Notes under the pieces: model-generated
The model's input: the letters and a program-made list of their open reading frames with translations, nothing else
The model's database searches: none
Told to the model about the DNA's origin: nothing
Program-made: the position numbers and the translations under genes
Source of the DNA: Pseudomonadota bacterium
Lineage (GTDB): Bacteria > Bdellovibrionota > Bdellovibrionia > Bdellovibrionales > SG-bin7
Length of the DNA stretch: 62,943 bases
Assembly: GCA_034439715.1 (NCBI GenBank)
Contig: JAWXAY010000035.1
Coordinates: 1 to 62,943 of the forward strand
Direction of reading: 5' to 3'
Part shown: positions 47,719 to 57,883 of the stretch, piece by piece
How positions within the stretch are numbered: position 1 is the first letter of the stretch
Layout: each line of letters starts with the position of its first letter

Positions 47719-48846
47719 GTGAGCAGTGCTATACACAGAAGCCTTGGTCAATCCTTAATCATCGGACTAAAAGGCAAAAGCCTCTTGCCCGAGGAGGCCA
47801 AATTTATCGTTGAAAACAATATCGGTGGCGTGATTTTGTTTGATCGTAACATCGAAGGCCCCGAGCAACTTTTTTACCTGTGCGCAGAACTTCAAAAGTT
47901 ATCGCTGCAAATGCCCGACAAAGCCCCCTTGTTTATTTCAATTGACATGGAGGGCGGCCGAGTTCACCGCCTAAAAGCTCCGTTTACAAAGTGGCCCTCG
48001 GCTAAAAAGATTGGCGATCTCAATTCATCCTCAGTAGCATTTTTAGTGGCAAATTGCATGGGCCGCGAACTTTTTGCTGTGGGAATCAATGTTAATTTTG
48101 CACCCTGCGCAGATGTCTTAACAATTCCCACCAACACCGCCATTGGCGACCGAGCATTTAGTGACAACATCGATGCCGTGGGAAAAATTGCTTCGGCTTT
48201 TGTGCGAGGTCTTTTAAAGGCCGATATAATTGCTTGTGCCAAACATTTTCCGGGACATGGCAACACCCTAATCGACAGTCACGATGATTTACCAGTGGAA
48301 ACGGCAACGCTAGCACAACTTGAAGAGCGTGAGATCCAACCCTTTAAACGGGCTTTTCGAGCTCGCCTGGATTTAGTTATGCCTGCGCATATTAAATTTA
48401 CTAATATTGACCCCGATTACCCCGCTTCGCTCTCCCGAATTTTTTTAAAAGATCTTTTGCATGATAAAATTCGCTACAGAAATCTCGTGATCACTGACGA
48501 CATGGGAATGAAAGCCATCACTAAAAACTTTGAAGTCGGTCAGGCCGCCGTTTTAGCGTATCAGGCAGGCGCCAATTTAATATTGTACTGCAATGATTTC
48601 GCGGCGCCTGAAATGGCCATACAAGCATTGATAGCTGCTGCGGAAAGCAAAGCTATTGATGCGCTTACCATCACTACAAATCACAAACGCATCATCGATC
48701 TTAAGAAAAGTAAAATTAAAAACTTTAATTTTGGAAAGTATACTGCTGTCGAAAAAATTATAGGTTGTGAGCAACATCAAGAAATCGCTCGAGCCATTGG
48801 CGAGGGTCGCGTGCCTCAGGGCACGACTGACGATGACGAATCGTGA
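47719..48846 (+). CDS. nagZ: Beta-N-acetylhexosaminidase (GH3)
   Basis: DMEGGRV.R, FAP..D, KHFPGHG...DSH, ITDDMGM. Confidence 0.92.
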   Translation: MSSAIHRSLGQSLIIGLKGKSLLPEEAKFIVENNIGGVILFDRNIEGPEQLFYLCAELQKLSLQMPDKAPLFISIDMEGGRVHRLKAPFTKWPSAKKIGDLNSSSVAFLVANCMGRELFAVGINVNFAPCADVLTIPTNTAIGDRAFSDNIDAVGKIASAFVRGLLKADIIACAKHFPGHGNTLIDSHDDLPVETATLAQLEEREIQPFKRAFRARLDLVMPAHIKFTNIDPDYPASLSRIFLKDLLHDKIRYRNLVITDDMGMKAITKNFEVGQAAVLAYQAGANLILYCNDFAAPEMAIQALIAAAESKAIDALTITTNHKRIIDLKKSKIKNFNFGKYTAVEKIIGCEQHQEIARAIGEGRVPQGTTDDDES

Positions 48847-49865
48847 TGAACTCCAATAAAATAATTCGACATAAAGTAGTGCGGCACAAAAGAAAAATAA
48901 AAACCATTGGCGTCTTGACGAGCGGAGGCGACGCCCCTGGGATGAACGCGGCCATTCGCGCTGTAGTGCGCGCGGGAATTTATTATGGCTGCAGAGTCAT
49001 TGGCATTTATAAAGGATACGCCGGACTACTCGAAGGGCATTTTGAAGAATTTAATTTATCTAGCGTTGCCAACATCATTCAACGTGGCGGTACGATTATT
49101 AAATCTTCGCGTTGTCCTGAATTTCACAAAAAATCCTATAGAAAACAAGCTCACCAAAATCTCGTGTCTCACGGAATCGATGCACTGGTTGCCATTGGTG
49201 GGGATGGCACCTTTCGTGGAGCTCATCTTTTGTGGACCGAGACTGGCTTTCCGGTCGCGGGAGTTCCAGGTACGATCGATAATGATTGCTGGGGCACCGA
49301 CATTACAATTGGATTTGATTCCGCCATCAACACGGGACTTCGTGCCATAGATCAAATTCGCGATACGGCGGGCTCTCATGATCGACTCTTTATTGTTGAA
49401 GTCATGGGTCGCAATTCTGGTTACATTGCTATGGACGTGGGTATCGGTGGCGGGGCCGATTCAATTATTATTCCTGAAGATCCGTCGAGCGTTAAAAACA
49501 TTGCGGCACAAATTCAGCGCGGAGTAAATCGTGGCAAAACTAGCTCCATCATTGTTTGTGCGGAAGGCCCAGTTCAAGGAAAATCCTACGCTATCGCCAA
49601 TGAACTTAAGAAAAAATATGGGTATAAAGCGAGAGTTTGCATATTAGGCCACACCCAGCGCGGTGGTTCGCCAACTGCGCGTGATCGTAAAGTTGCCAGC
49701 ATCATGGGGGCTATGGCAGTGCGCGAGTTGCTTGGCGGCTATAGTGATTTTATGACAGGAATTGATGGCTTGAGACCTCAACTGGTTTCATTAATTAAAG
49801 CTACTGAGGGTAAAAAAACCCTTCATCAAGATTTGATTTTACTCGGAAAAATTCTTGCGACTTGA
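48846..49865 (+). CDS. pfkA: ATP-dependent 6-phosphofructokinase
   Basis: TSGGDAPGMNAAIR, GGDGT, PGTIDND, VEVMGR, LGH.QRGG. Confidence 0.96.
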   Translation: MNSNKIIRHKVVRHKRKIKTIGVLTSGGDAPGMNAAIRAVVRAGIYYGCRVIGIYKGYAGLLEGHFEEFNLSSVANIIQRGGTIIKSSRCPEFHKKSYRKQAHQNLVSHGIDALVAIGGDGTFRGAHLLWTETGFPVAGVPGTIDNDCWGTDITIGFDSAINTGLRAIDQIRDTAGSHDRLFIVEVMGRNSGYIAMDVGIGGGADSIIIPEDPSSVKNIAAQIQRGVNRGKTSSIIVCAEGPVQGKSYAIANELKKKYGYKARVCILGHTQRGGSPTARDRKVASIMGAMAVRELLGGYSDFMTGIDGLRPQLVSLIKATEGKKTLHQDLILLGKILAT

Positions 49866-50078
49866 TTTTTTTGGTTTTCATTCAATTTGTGCAGCAGATA
49901 GAATGGCTCCCAAGTGTCGCAGACCTTAACCGAATTATTTTCATGCCTCGGTTGTAATTTTTTCTTACGGAGACATAAACATCATATTATAGAGCGAAAA
50001 TACCGCCACTTTCCATAGGGGCACATTGGTATCAATCTTGTATACAAACGAATCAATGCTCTAATTGGGGGATTTCAA

Positions 50079-51032
50079 GTGAGTAGACGACGTAACAATT
50101 TACATTATAAAACTGCAGCCTTTATTGGTCTTTCCACTGTTTTGCATGCGGGATTCCTGATGTACGTCGCAGCTTCTAATTACGGAAGCGATATCCCTGG
50201 CGAACTTGCGCCAAGTACCGGAGAGTCTGTGATGGTTGAATTCACCCCCGAAATTAAAACTGAAGATACCACACCTATTGCTCTGACTCCCGCTCCGGCT
50301 CCTGAACTTCCCGCTCCAAAAATAACTACTGAACCAAAAAACACCAAATTACCCGAGAAGTCTCCGGCCATTATTGCCAAATCAAAAGAAAAAATTGAAA
50401 ACCCTGTAGTTTCTGAAAGTCCTGAGAGCGTACCCGTACCAGTTGCGGCCGCGACAAAAGAAAAAAAGGCGGAACAACAGCTTGTCGAACAAATTCAAAA
50501 TGATGTGGTAACTCCTGCTCCAGAAATAATTCCAGCGACAATTCCCGACACGCAGACTGAAGCCACTGCTGTCGTGCCCGACCCAACGCCCGCCGAAGTC
50601 GCAGTGCCTGCAATCCTTGAAAAATCTGCTCCGACAGCACCCGTAGCAGCGAGTGCACCCGCGGGTAACACAAATGTCGTCAGCGAAAGCGCGCCGATTA
50701 TGCCCGTTCGTCAAGACTCTGAACTAAGAGCTATGCCTGGCAATAAAGACCCCAGTTATAATTTTGATGATCGCCTGGCTAAACGTGAGGGAGAAATTAA
50801 ATTTTTGGCTGAAGTTACGCCTGAAGGTTCCGTAACAAATGTGCGGATGTTAAAATCCACAGGACACAAATCACTCGATATGGCTGCCCTCAAATCTTTT
50901 AAAAATTATCGTTATCAGCCTGGCCAACAAGGTTATGTTCTTAAGTCTTTTAATTTTGTATTGAAGGGTCCAGCGCGGCAGTTGCCATCTAGGCTAGCCG
51001 ATCGAACCTCTAACAACTCAATCGCCAAATAA
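50079..51032 (+). CDS. tonB: TonB-family protein
   Basis: TM anchor S..LH, Pro/Ala-rich linker, C-terminal P.Y...EG.....V..EG.V..V....S.G...LD.AA. Confidence 0.8.
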   Translation: MSRRRNNLHYKTAAFIGLSTVLHAGFLMYVAASNYGSDIPGELAPSTGESVMVEFTPEIKTEDTTPIALTPAPAPELPAPKITTEPKNTKLPEKSPAIIAKSKEKIENPVVSESPESVPVPVAAATKEKKAEQQLVEQIQNDVVTPAPEIIPATIPDTQTEATAVVPDPTPAEVAVPAILEKSAPTAPVAASAPAGNTNVVSESAPIMPVRQDSELRAMPGNKDPSYNFDDRLAKREGEIKFLAEVTPEGSVTNVRMLKSTGHKSLDMAALKSFKNYRYQPGQQGYVLKSFNFVLKGPARQLPSRLADRTSNNSIAK

Positions 51033-51143
51033 TTCTTTAGCAGAATGGGTCGTGCCCTTGTTGCGACGCTTTGCTCGCGCCTCTTTACCTTTAGTGCGGG
51101 ATTTTCGACGACGTATTTTTTCTGTTTTCTTTGTTGGCGACAT
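51018..51143 (-). CDS. Small, highly basic protein (41 aa), not in the ORF track
   Basis: MSPTKKTEKIRRRKSRTKGKEARAKRRNKGTTHSAKELFGD*, with SD AGAGG 8 nt upstream. Confidence 0.75.
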   Translation of the reverse strand: MSPTKKTEKIRRRKSRTKGKEARAKRRNKGTTHSAKELFGD

Positions 51144-51176
51144 AGTTAAACCTCTTTAATTTAAGACTAGTGGCTA

Positions 51177-52073
51177 TCAAAACGGCAGTCTAAAGTCAAA
51201 CAGATGCCTAGTTCCGCCCTCTTCTTGTATTTCGTTTTGGAAGGAATATCCGGCACTTAAGCGCGGCCCTTCAAAACCGAGACCTGCTGTAAATAGCGTT
51301 CTTTGTCTCAGCGTATCCCAGCCAAAGCCCCACCTTATAGCAATATAGTCGACTGGTCTCGTTTCAATCCCAAAATTTACAAACTTTTTGGACTCGGGAT
51401 TATTTCTAATTTCCTGCCCCAAATCAGCCCTAAAATGAAACTTATCTGCAAAAATAAGAAACACACCGATTCCTAATGTGGCGGGCAGATGCAATGGCAC
51501 CGGCAAGGCACCTGACGGCTTAGCTAGATTTTTGGCTATTAGACCAAAAGCTAGCTCAGTTGCTGGCGAAAACAGAAGGCCAAGGGTATAGTTGTTTTCA
51601 ATATACTTAGGTCCTTCAACTATTTGAGACTCATTACGATTGAGGCCCAGACCCAAGGTAACTCTGTTGCGCACAAAACTAGCGAGCGAAATACTGTAAT
51701 ATTTCTGCAAGACTTCAGTCGGGAGAACCCCCGTTCTTTTGGCACTTATGTAAGCAAATGCGCCAGGAATTACCGTTGTGCAATCAGAAGCTAAAATCCC
51801 CCAAACCTGATCGTCTTGATTGGCAAAAACCGATCCTTGCCCAAATGTGCCGCCAATTTTAAACTCCTTAAAATGAGGAAGCACAGCTGGATTTAAAAAT
51901 GCGCCCTCCAGTTGATCTAGATTGGCGATTCCAGCCCCACCCAAGGCCGAGGAAGTTGGTGCAAAATTAACTTGGGCATGCAAGGATTGTAGTGGAAGAC
52001 CTAAAATTAATAGGACAATGGTCATAATGATGCAGCTTGTGAAGAACAGCTTGAGCGTACTTTTTTCTCTCAT
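51177..52073 (-). CDS. Outer-membrane beta-barrel (PorV/FadL-like)
   Basis: Signal peptide, ALGGAG.A...AFLNPA.L motif, amphipathic strands, terminal F. Confidence 0.75.
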   Translation of the reverse strand: MREKSTLKLFFTSCIIMTIVLLILGLPLQSLHAQVNFAPTSSALGGAGIANLDQLEGAFLNPAVLPHFKEFKIGGTFGQGSVFANQDDQVWGILASDCTTVIPGAFAYISAKRTGVLPTEVLQKYYSISLASFVRNRVTLGLGLNRNESQIVEGPKYIENNYTLGLLFSPATELAFGLIAKNLAKPSGALPVPLHLPATLGIGVFLIFADKFHFRADLGQEIRNNPESKKFVNFGIETRPVDYIAIRWGFGWDTLRQRTLFTAGLGFEGPRLSAGYSFQNEIQEEGGTRHLFDFRLPF

Positions 52074-53160
52074 TGCTTTAATTGTATTTCATTCCGAGGC
52101 CTATGGGTCAAAGGATGAAAAAACCAAAATGTCGCGCGTTGCCATCAAACAAGGCGACACGCTGTCCTCTATTCTTAAAAAACATTCTTTTAGCAATCAC
52201 GAAATTCATAAGCTTTTGGCTCTAAAGCCTCTGCCACCTAAATATCATCTCATTCCCAGCGAGCCCTATCTCTATTTAAATGATTCTAACGAAAAGCGCC
52301 AAGGAGTTAAGCTTTTTGAGCAGCTAACAGACAAATCTTATTTCCTTTGGAAAAAACCCAATGGGCAAGTCGGATTCGAATCCCTTTTAGAAAAATTTAG
52401 AAAAGAAGTTTTTTCATTTAACGGTCGGGTTGTGGGCGGAATTCTCACCAGCATACGTAATATTATTGATAGCACTTGGCTCGCCTATAGATTTTTGGAT
52501 GCCTACGTTTTTGATATCAATCCCAAAAGAGATCTTACTCGAGGTGCGCATTTTTCTATGAAGGTAGAAAAAAACTTTTTAGGTGATCAGTTTGTCAAAT
52601 ATGGCCAAGTTTTAGAAACAAGCTTGGAAGTAAACGGGCTGGCAGAAAAAAGAAAATTTGTGGCTTTTGGTGATGGCGGTTTATTTCTAGAAAACAACCA
52701 GCAAAATGAAGCTGATAAACCACTTTATGCGCCGGTAAATTATTTGCGCGTCTCTAGTCCTTTCCAATGGCACAGATTTCATCCTATTCGGCAGCGGCGA
52801 GTAGCCCATCTGGGCGTTGATTTTGAAGTTCCTGTCGGCAGCGAAGTATTGAGCGCATTATCTGGTCAAGTTACAAGGATTGAAAAAAATCGGGCCTCGG
52901 GTAACTACATAATTATTCGACACGCCAATGGATACGAGACCTCTTACCATCATTTAAACTCTGTAGTGCCCAAACTTTTTGTGGGTAAATCTGTGGGAGA
53001 TGGAGAACTCTTAGGGGCGGTGGGCTGTACCGGCTACTGCACCAGTCCCCATTTGCATTTTGGTGTTAAAAAACATGGAAAACATATTGATCCATTTAAA
53101 GTTTTAAAGCGTTACCCCTACCAATTCGCTCAACGCCTGCTTTCTACCATTGAAAAATAG
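52039..53160 (+). CDS. M23 family peptidoglycan endopeptidase (start uncertain)
   Basis: Signal-like N-terminus, GDTL motif, HLGVD and HLH zinc ligands. Confidence 0.88.
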   Translation: MKNSLSVLFSLIALIVFHSEAYGSKDEKTKMSRVAIKQGDTLSSILKKHSFSNHEIHKLLALKPLPPKYHLIPSEPYLYLNDSNEKRQGVKLFEQLTDKSYFLWKKPNGQVGFESLLEKFRKEVFSFNGRVVGGILTSIRNIIDSTWLAYRFLDAYVFDINPKRDLTRGAHFSMKVEKNFLGDQFVKYGQVLETSLEVNGLAEKRKFVAFGDGGLFLENNQQNEADKPLYAPVNYLRVSSPFQWHRFHPIRQRRVAHLGVDFEVPVGSEVLSALSGQVTRIEKNRASGNYIIIRHANGYETSYHHLNSVVPKLFVGKSVGDGELLGAVGCTGYCTSPHLHFGVKKHGKHIDPFKVLKRYPYQFAQRLLSTIEK

Positions 53161-53198
53161 TTGTCTAACATTAGTGTTCTGTGGTCTCTTTAAATTAT

Positions 53199-54080
53199 AT
53201 GAAAAAAGTTAATAAAGCGGTTATTCCCGCAGCAGGCCTAGGCACTCGATTCTTACCTGCGACCAAAACAATACCCAAAGAACTTTTACCAATAGTTGAT
53301 CGGCCCATTTTATTATACATAGTTGAGGAGGCCGTCCGCGCCGGCATCGAAGACATAATTTTAATTTCAGGCCGCGGCAAAAGCGCCATCGAAGATTTTT
53401 TTGATGTTTCCTACGAACTCGAAGATTTTTTAAATAAAAAAGGACAATTGGCGACCTTAACCTCGTTAAAAAAAATTCGTGAAATGGCCAACATCATCAG
53501 TATTCGGCAAAAAAGCCCAATGGGTTTAGGCCATGCCATTCATTGCGCTAAACCAATTGTTGGCGAGGAGCCCTTTGCCGTCTTGCTTGGCGATGAAATC
53601 ATGTTAACCGATGCTGAAAAACCAACTGTCACTCGGCAGTTAATCACCAGCTTTGAAGAAACAGGAATTTCGACCGTATCAATAATGACCGTTGCCAAAG
53701 AAGACGTTTGCAAATACGGAATGATTAAGGGCTCGATGCAGAAAAGCGGCCTTTGGAAGATTGAAGACGTCGTTGAGAAACCCGCGATAGATAAATCTCC
53801 CAGCCAGTGGGCTCTTCCTGGTCGCTATGTCTTTGATAATAACATTATGAATTATTTGGCGGACCTTACTCCCGGGAAAAACGGTGAAATCCAATTAACT
53901 GATGGTATGATCAGGCTTGCCCAGAAAGAGGGCCTTCACGGTCTAGAGCTAAAAGCCACGCGGCACGATGCCGGAGATAAACTGGGCTTTTTAAAGGCAA
54001 ACATTGACATCGGACTCTCCCACCCTGAAATAAAGCAGGCCCTATCAAAATATCTGAAGGATCTGGCAAAATCTCTTTAG
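53199..54080 (+). CDS. galU: UTP-glucose-1-phosphate uridylyltransferase
   Basis: KAVIPAAGLGTRFLPATK..PKE.LPIVD.P, VEKP, GEIQLTD. Confidence 0.96.
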   Translation: MKKVNKAVIPAAGLGTRFLPATKTIPKELLPIVDRPILLYIVEEAVRAGIEDIILISGRGKSAIEDFFDVSYELEDFLNKKGQLATLTSLKKIREMANIISIRQKSPMGLGHAIHCAKPIVGEEPFAVLLGDEIMLTDAEKPTVTRQLITSFEETGISTVSIMTVAKEDVCKYGMIKGSMQKSGLWKIEDVVEKPAIDKSPSQWALPGRYVFDNNIMNYLADLTPGKNGEIQLTDGMIRLAQKEGLHGLELKATRHDAGDKLGFLKANIDIGLSHPEIKQALSKYLKDLAKSL

Positions 54081-54088
54081 GAGGTCAC

Positions 54089-54955
54089 ATGTTAAAATGT
54101 CTTTTGACGTTATATCTATTGGGGTCACTTAGCCCTTCTGCTTTTGGGTACATACCCGATCTCGAAATGATTTTAGATCGCACCGCAAAAAATCAGGGGA
54201 ACACCGGCTATGTAATTGACCTTGAAATTTCCTTCGATAACAAATCACAAACTCAGGTCGTTAAAGAACACTGGGTTATTGAAAACGCTGAAAGTTTGCG
54301 GGTCTTTGCGCGTGGAGAACGAGATTTAAAAGAGCAGCTAAGCTTGCTCCGCATTTACGACAAAAGCAAAAAATTCTATATGGATGAGTCGGGCACCGTA
54401 AGGTCCACGCGATTTTCTGGAGAGTTTTTTGAGCCACTCTTTCATATTAGAACCGTCAAAAAACTTCATCGAGCACTAATTGATTTATCAATATTGCCCG
54501 AGGCCTCAACCAGACATAAATCTGCTCCCATCGATGTCAAAGAGCCAACTTATGATAAAGTTCCTTACCTCAGATTGAGCCGCGCTGCCGGCGTTATTGC
54601 CTATGCACTCGGAATGCCACCACAAAAAGACGCCACACAGTTAAATCCCGAGATTTGGATTGAACAAGATCGATTTGTAATTAGAAAAATGAGACTTCCC
54701 AGCCAAACAGAAATTGTTGCTGACGACTACCAAAAATTTGTGGGCTCGCTTTCGTTTCCGCAAACGCGAACTGTCCGGTGGGCTAATAACTCTGTTAAAA
54801 TTCGTGTCATCAACATAAAAAATACACCCGTTACATCTAAAATAAGGGAACTTCTTTCTCCCAAAATCTTTACCGAAGAAAAAAAGAAGGCAGAAAAATT
54901 AAATGTGCTCCCTGAGGACCCCATTATTCAGGAATTTTACTCGAGGTTTCGTTGA
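54089..54955 (+). CDS. Exported hypothetical protein (possibly LolA-like fold)
   Basis: Signal peptide (AFG); WIEQDRF..RK and Y......FP..R motifs. Confidence 0.7.
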   Translation: MLKCLLTLYLLGSLSPSAFGYIPDLEMILDRTAKNQGNTGYVIDLEISFDNKSQTQVVKEHWVIENAESLRVFARGERDLKEQLSLLRIYDKSKKFYMDESGTVRSTRFSGEFFEPLFHIRTVKKLHRALIDLSILPEASTRHKSAPIDVKEPTYDKVPYLRLSRAAGVIAYALGMPPQKDATQLNPEIWIEQDRFVIRKMRLPSQTEIVADDYQKFVGSLSFPQTRTVRWANNSVKIRVINIKNTPVTSKIRELLSPKIFTEEKKKAEKLNVLPEDPIIQEFYSRFR

Positions 54956-56961
54956 AAGAAACTTTCTATAAAGTGGGGGTTGACGCTCCTCTGGACGAGG
55001 GGCTGACTTATTCTTATTCCGGAGAACTTTCTATCGGTCAGTCCGTGATTGTACCGCTTGGCAGTCGCAAAGTAACGGGAATTATATTGGGTCTCGCCGC
55101 CGACCACTCCTCTTCAAAATTTAAAGTAAAATCTATTCTTGAGGCTCATAGCGAATGGCCAATCCTAAAACCAAAACTTTTGGAATGGCTGGTTTGGCTC
55201 TCTCGTTACTACCAATATCCAGTTGGGCAGGTCGCCTCACTTTCTTTCCCACCCCTTTCAAAAAATACCAAGCGCAAGACATCGAAAGCGCCACTCATTG
55301 ACCCTAAAATACTTAAAACTAAAAAACACCCATTAACCGCCGAACAAACAATGTGTTTTAATAAAATTTCTGCCACCTCTGGTTTCGGCGTTCATCTTTT
55401 GTTTGGAGTTACCGGCTCTGGAAAAACCGAAGTTTACCTAGAGCTTTTCGAGGAAGTACTTCGCGCCGGAAAGCAGGGAATGTTTTTGGTGCCAGAGATT
55501 GCGTTAACCCCTCAGCTAGTGAATCGCTTTGCAGCTCGGTTCGGAAACGCAATTGGTGTGATTCACTCTCATTTGACAGAGCGAGAAAAAACTACCCAGT
55601 GGTGGGAAATGTGCGAGGGTAAAAAACAAATTCTTATTGGCGCACGCTCTGCTCTTTTTTGCCCCCTTCCTAATTTAGGACTTATTGTTGTCGACGAAGA
55701 ACACGAGCAAAGTTTTAAACAAGATGAAAAACTTCGCTATCATGCCCGTGATGCGGCCGTGATGCTCGCGAAACTTTTCGACATCCCAGTAGTCCTCGGT
55801 TCAGCGACGCCCTCCATGGAAACCTGGCATAATGCCATGACGGGAAAATACCAGATTCACGAAATGAAATATCGCGTGGAAAACAGATCTATGCCAACAA
55901 TTGAAATTGTAGATTTAAAAAAACCTACTCCGGAATCTGAATTGCCGTTTTGGTTAAGCCCAACACTCTACGAACAGCTTAAAAAAAATCTCAGTCGAGG
56001 AGAACAGTCAGCCCTTTTTCTTAACCGTCGCGGCACGGCCCAACTTGTGCTTTGTCCAGGTTGTGGCTTTACATCCCAATGCCCCAACTGTGCCGTTTCT
56101 CTTACACTTCATGGCAAAAAGCATTTAGTTTGTCACTACTGTGATTACAGCGAAACGCTAAAGGAGAAATGCTCCGAGTGCAAAATCGGCGAGTTAAAAT
56201 CCATCGGACTGGGCACAGAAAAAATTGAAGAAGACATCGCTAGCTTGTTTCCAACTGCACGGCTAGCGCGCGCAGATCGCGATGAAATTCAAAACCGTGA
56301 ACAGCTAGAAGAGTTCATTAAGGATATTGAAGACCACAAAACAGATATAATTATCGGTACACAAATGATCGCCAAGGGACTTGATTTTCAAAAACTGACT
56401 CTTGTCGGAGTCGTACTTGCTGACATCGGCTTTAATATGCCCGACTTTCGCGCGAGCGAGAGAAGCTTCCAACTCATCACGCAAGTCAGTGGCAGATCTG
56501 GCCGGCATATCTCAGCCGATAAACTACCCGGTCGAGTTATCATTCAAACGTTTAATCCTGAACATTTGAGTTTAAATTTTGCAATAAAAAATGATTACCG
56601 AGGATTTGCCAACCAAGAATTATCTTTTAGAGAAAAATTGGGTTACCCCCCATTTGGCCGGCTCGCCGCCTTTCGTATTAAGGGAATCGACAAAGCCCAA
56701 GCTCTAGAAAGTGCGCAAAAACTTTCGAGCCTCGCTAATGCTTTAAAGAAAAAATACGAAAACTTTTCTAAGGTCGAGGTCTTGGGACCAGCCGAAGCTC
56801 CCCTTGCGAAATTACACGGCCAGTATCGATACCAATTATTAGTTAAGGCCCAACAAGCAAATCATTTGAATCAATTTTGTCAGGTATTGGTAGTCCAAAA
56901 AAATATTGGCGACTCAAAAGTGAAAGTTCAAGTCGACATTGACCCCCTAAACTTGCTTTAG
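54952..56961 (+). CDS. priA: Primosomal protein N'
   Basis: GVTGSGKTEVY, DEEHE, SATPS, Cys cluster, GTQMIAKG, DIDP. Confidence 0.96.
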   Translation: MKETFYKVGVDAPLDEGLTYSYSGELSIGQSVIVPLGSRKVTGIILGLAADHSSSKFKVKSILEAHSEWPILKPKLLEWLVWLSRYYQYPVGQVASLSFPPLSKNTKRKTSKAPLIDPKILKTKKHPLTAEQTMCFNKISATSGFGVHLLFGVTGSGKTEVYLELFEEVLRAGKQGMFLVPEIALTPQLVNRFAARFGNAIGVIHSHLTEREKTTQWWEMCEGKKQILIGARSALFCPLPNLGLIVVDEEHEQSFKQDEKLRYHARDAAVMLAKLFDIPVVLGSATPSMETWHNAMTGKYQIHEMKYRVENRSMPTIEIVDLKKPTPESELPFWLSPTLYEQLKKNLSRGEQSALFLNRRGTAQLVLCPGCGFTSQCPNCAVSLTLHGKKHLVCHYCDYSETLKEKCSECKIGELKSIGLGTEKIEEDIASLFPTARLARADRDEIQNREQLEEFIKDIEDHKTDIIIGTQMIAKGLDFQKLTLVGVVLADIGFNMPDFRASERSFQLITQVSGRSGRHISADKLPGRVIIQTFNPEHLSLNFAIKNDYRGFANQELSFREKLGYPPFGRLAAFRIKGIDKAQALESAQKLSSLANALKKKYENFSKVEVLGPAEAPLAKLHGQYRYQLLVKAQQANHLNQFCQVLVVQKNIGDSKVKVQVDIDPLNLL

Positions 56962-56987
56962 CTAGTATAGAGATCGAGGAGACTCTT

Positions 56988-57860
56988 TTGAGCACTGCCC
57001 CTACCGATCTTAAAAAATGTCCGCGCTGCGGTGGTGACTCACGTGAACTCGTGCGCATCGACGCGGGCATGCGACTTAGCCTCACGGAATCAGGCCACCG
57101 CAAGGAAGGCGCCCTAGAGGTCTGCACCAATTGTATCAGCGATCTTTCAAAAATGGTTTCTCAAGGCGCAAAGCTGCGGGCGCAGCGTAAAGCCCGCGAA
57201 GCCAATCTTATGGCCCTATTCAGGAATCGCATCAATGTACTCAAGCAGGCCCGGGCCTATCTCGCGCAAAAGGTATTTGCTGAAGCCGCAATAGAGTTTG
57301 AAAAATATTTGCGTACCCTTGAGGTCGTATATGATACAAAGCCAGGAGCCCTAACGCCCGATACTTTTAAGTCTGCAAAAAAATCTTCAGAAATGGACGT
57401 TATTTTGTCAGTTTTGTGGGACCTCATAAAAATCTACGACATGAATATAAACTACCAGGGCAAACTCAAAGAAAAAATTGAACTCTTTATTCTTTTTTCA
57501 AAATCCACGCCAGCGTTTGCTAAATTGGCCAGAAAAATGCACGCCTACGCGCCAAAAGCCCGCAACAAAGCAATTATCAGCGAGCTATTAAAACGCTGTA
57601 ATGCTCCGCGCCCACGCTGCTTCATTGCTTCGGCCGCCTATGAAAGCCCCGAGCATCCCAGCGTGTTAACACTTTGCGCGTTCAGGGACCAGGTGCTTTT
57701 GGCCACGCCTCTTGGAGAGGCCTTTGTAAGCATGTATTATTATTTTTCTCCGACAATTGCAGGCATTCTTGACCGCTGTTATTTTCTTAAGCCTTGCGTT
57801 CGAGCTGCCCTGTACCCGCTTGTTAAAATCGCAAATCAGAAATTCCACTTGAATAATTAG
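56988..57860 (+). CDS. Zinc-ribbon/helical protein with a CFI-box-CTERM domain
   Basis: CPRC...CTNC; C-terminal CFIASAAY...L..FRD..L....GE.FV..YY..SP.IA. Confidence 0.75.
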   Translation: MSTAPTDLKKCPRCGGDSRELVRIDAGMRLSLTESGHRKEGALEVCTNCISDLSKMVSQGAKLRAQRKAREANLMALFRNRINVLKQARAYLAQKVFAEAAIEFEKYLRTLEVVYDTKPGALTPDTFKSAKKSSEMDVILSVLWDLIKIYDMNINYQGKLKEKIELFILFSKSTPAFAKLARKMHAYAPKARNKAIISELLKRCNAPRPRCFIASAAYESPEHPSVLTLCAFRDQVLLATPLGEAFVSMYYYFSPTIAGILDRCYFLKPCVRAALYPLVKIANQKFHLNN

Positions 57861-57883
57861 CGAATTTTTAGGAACTTGGCTTA

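Noticed and set aside
50027..50042. sigma54-like TGGTAT-caatc-TTGTA upstream of tonB
   Set aside because: The -12 GC reads GT; too weak to call.
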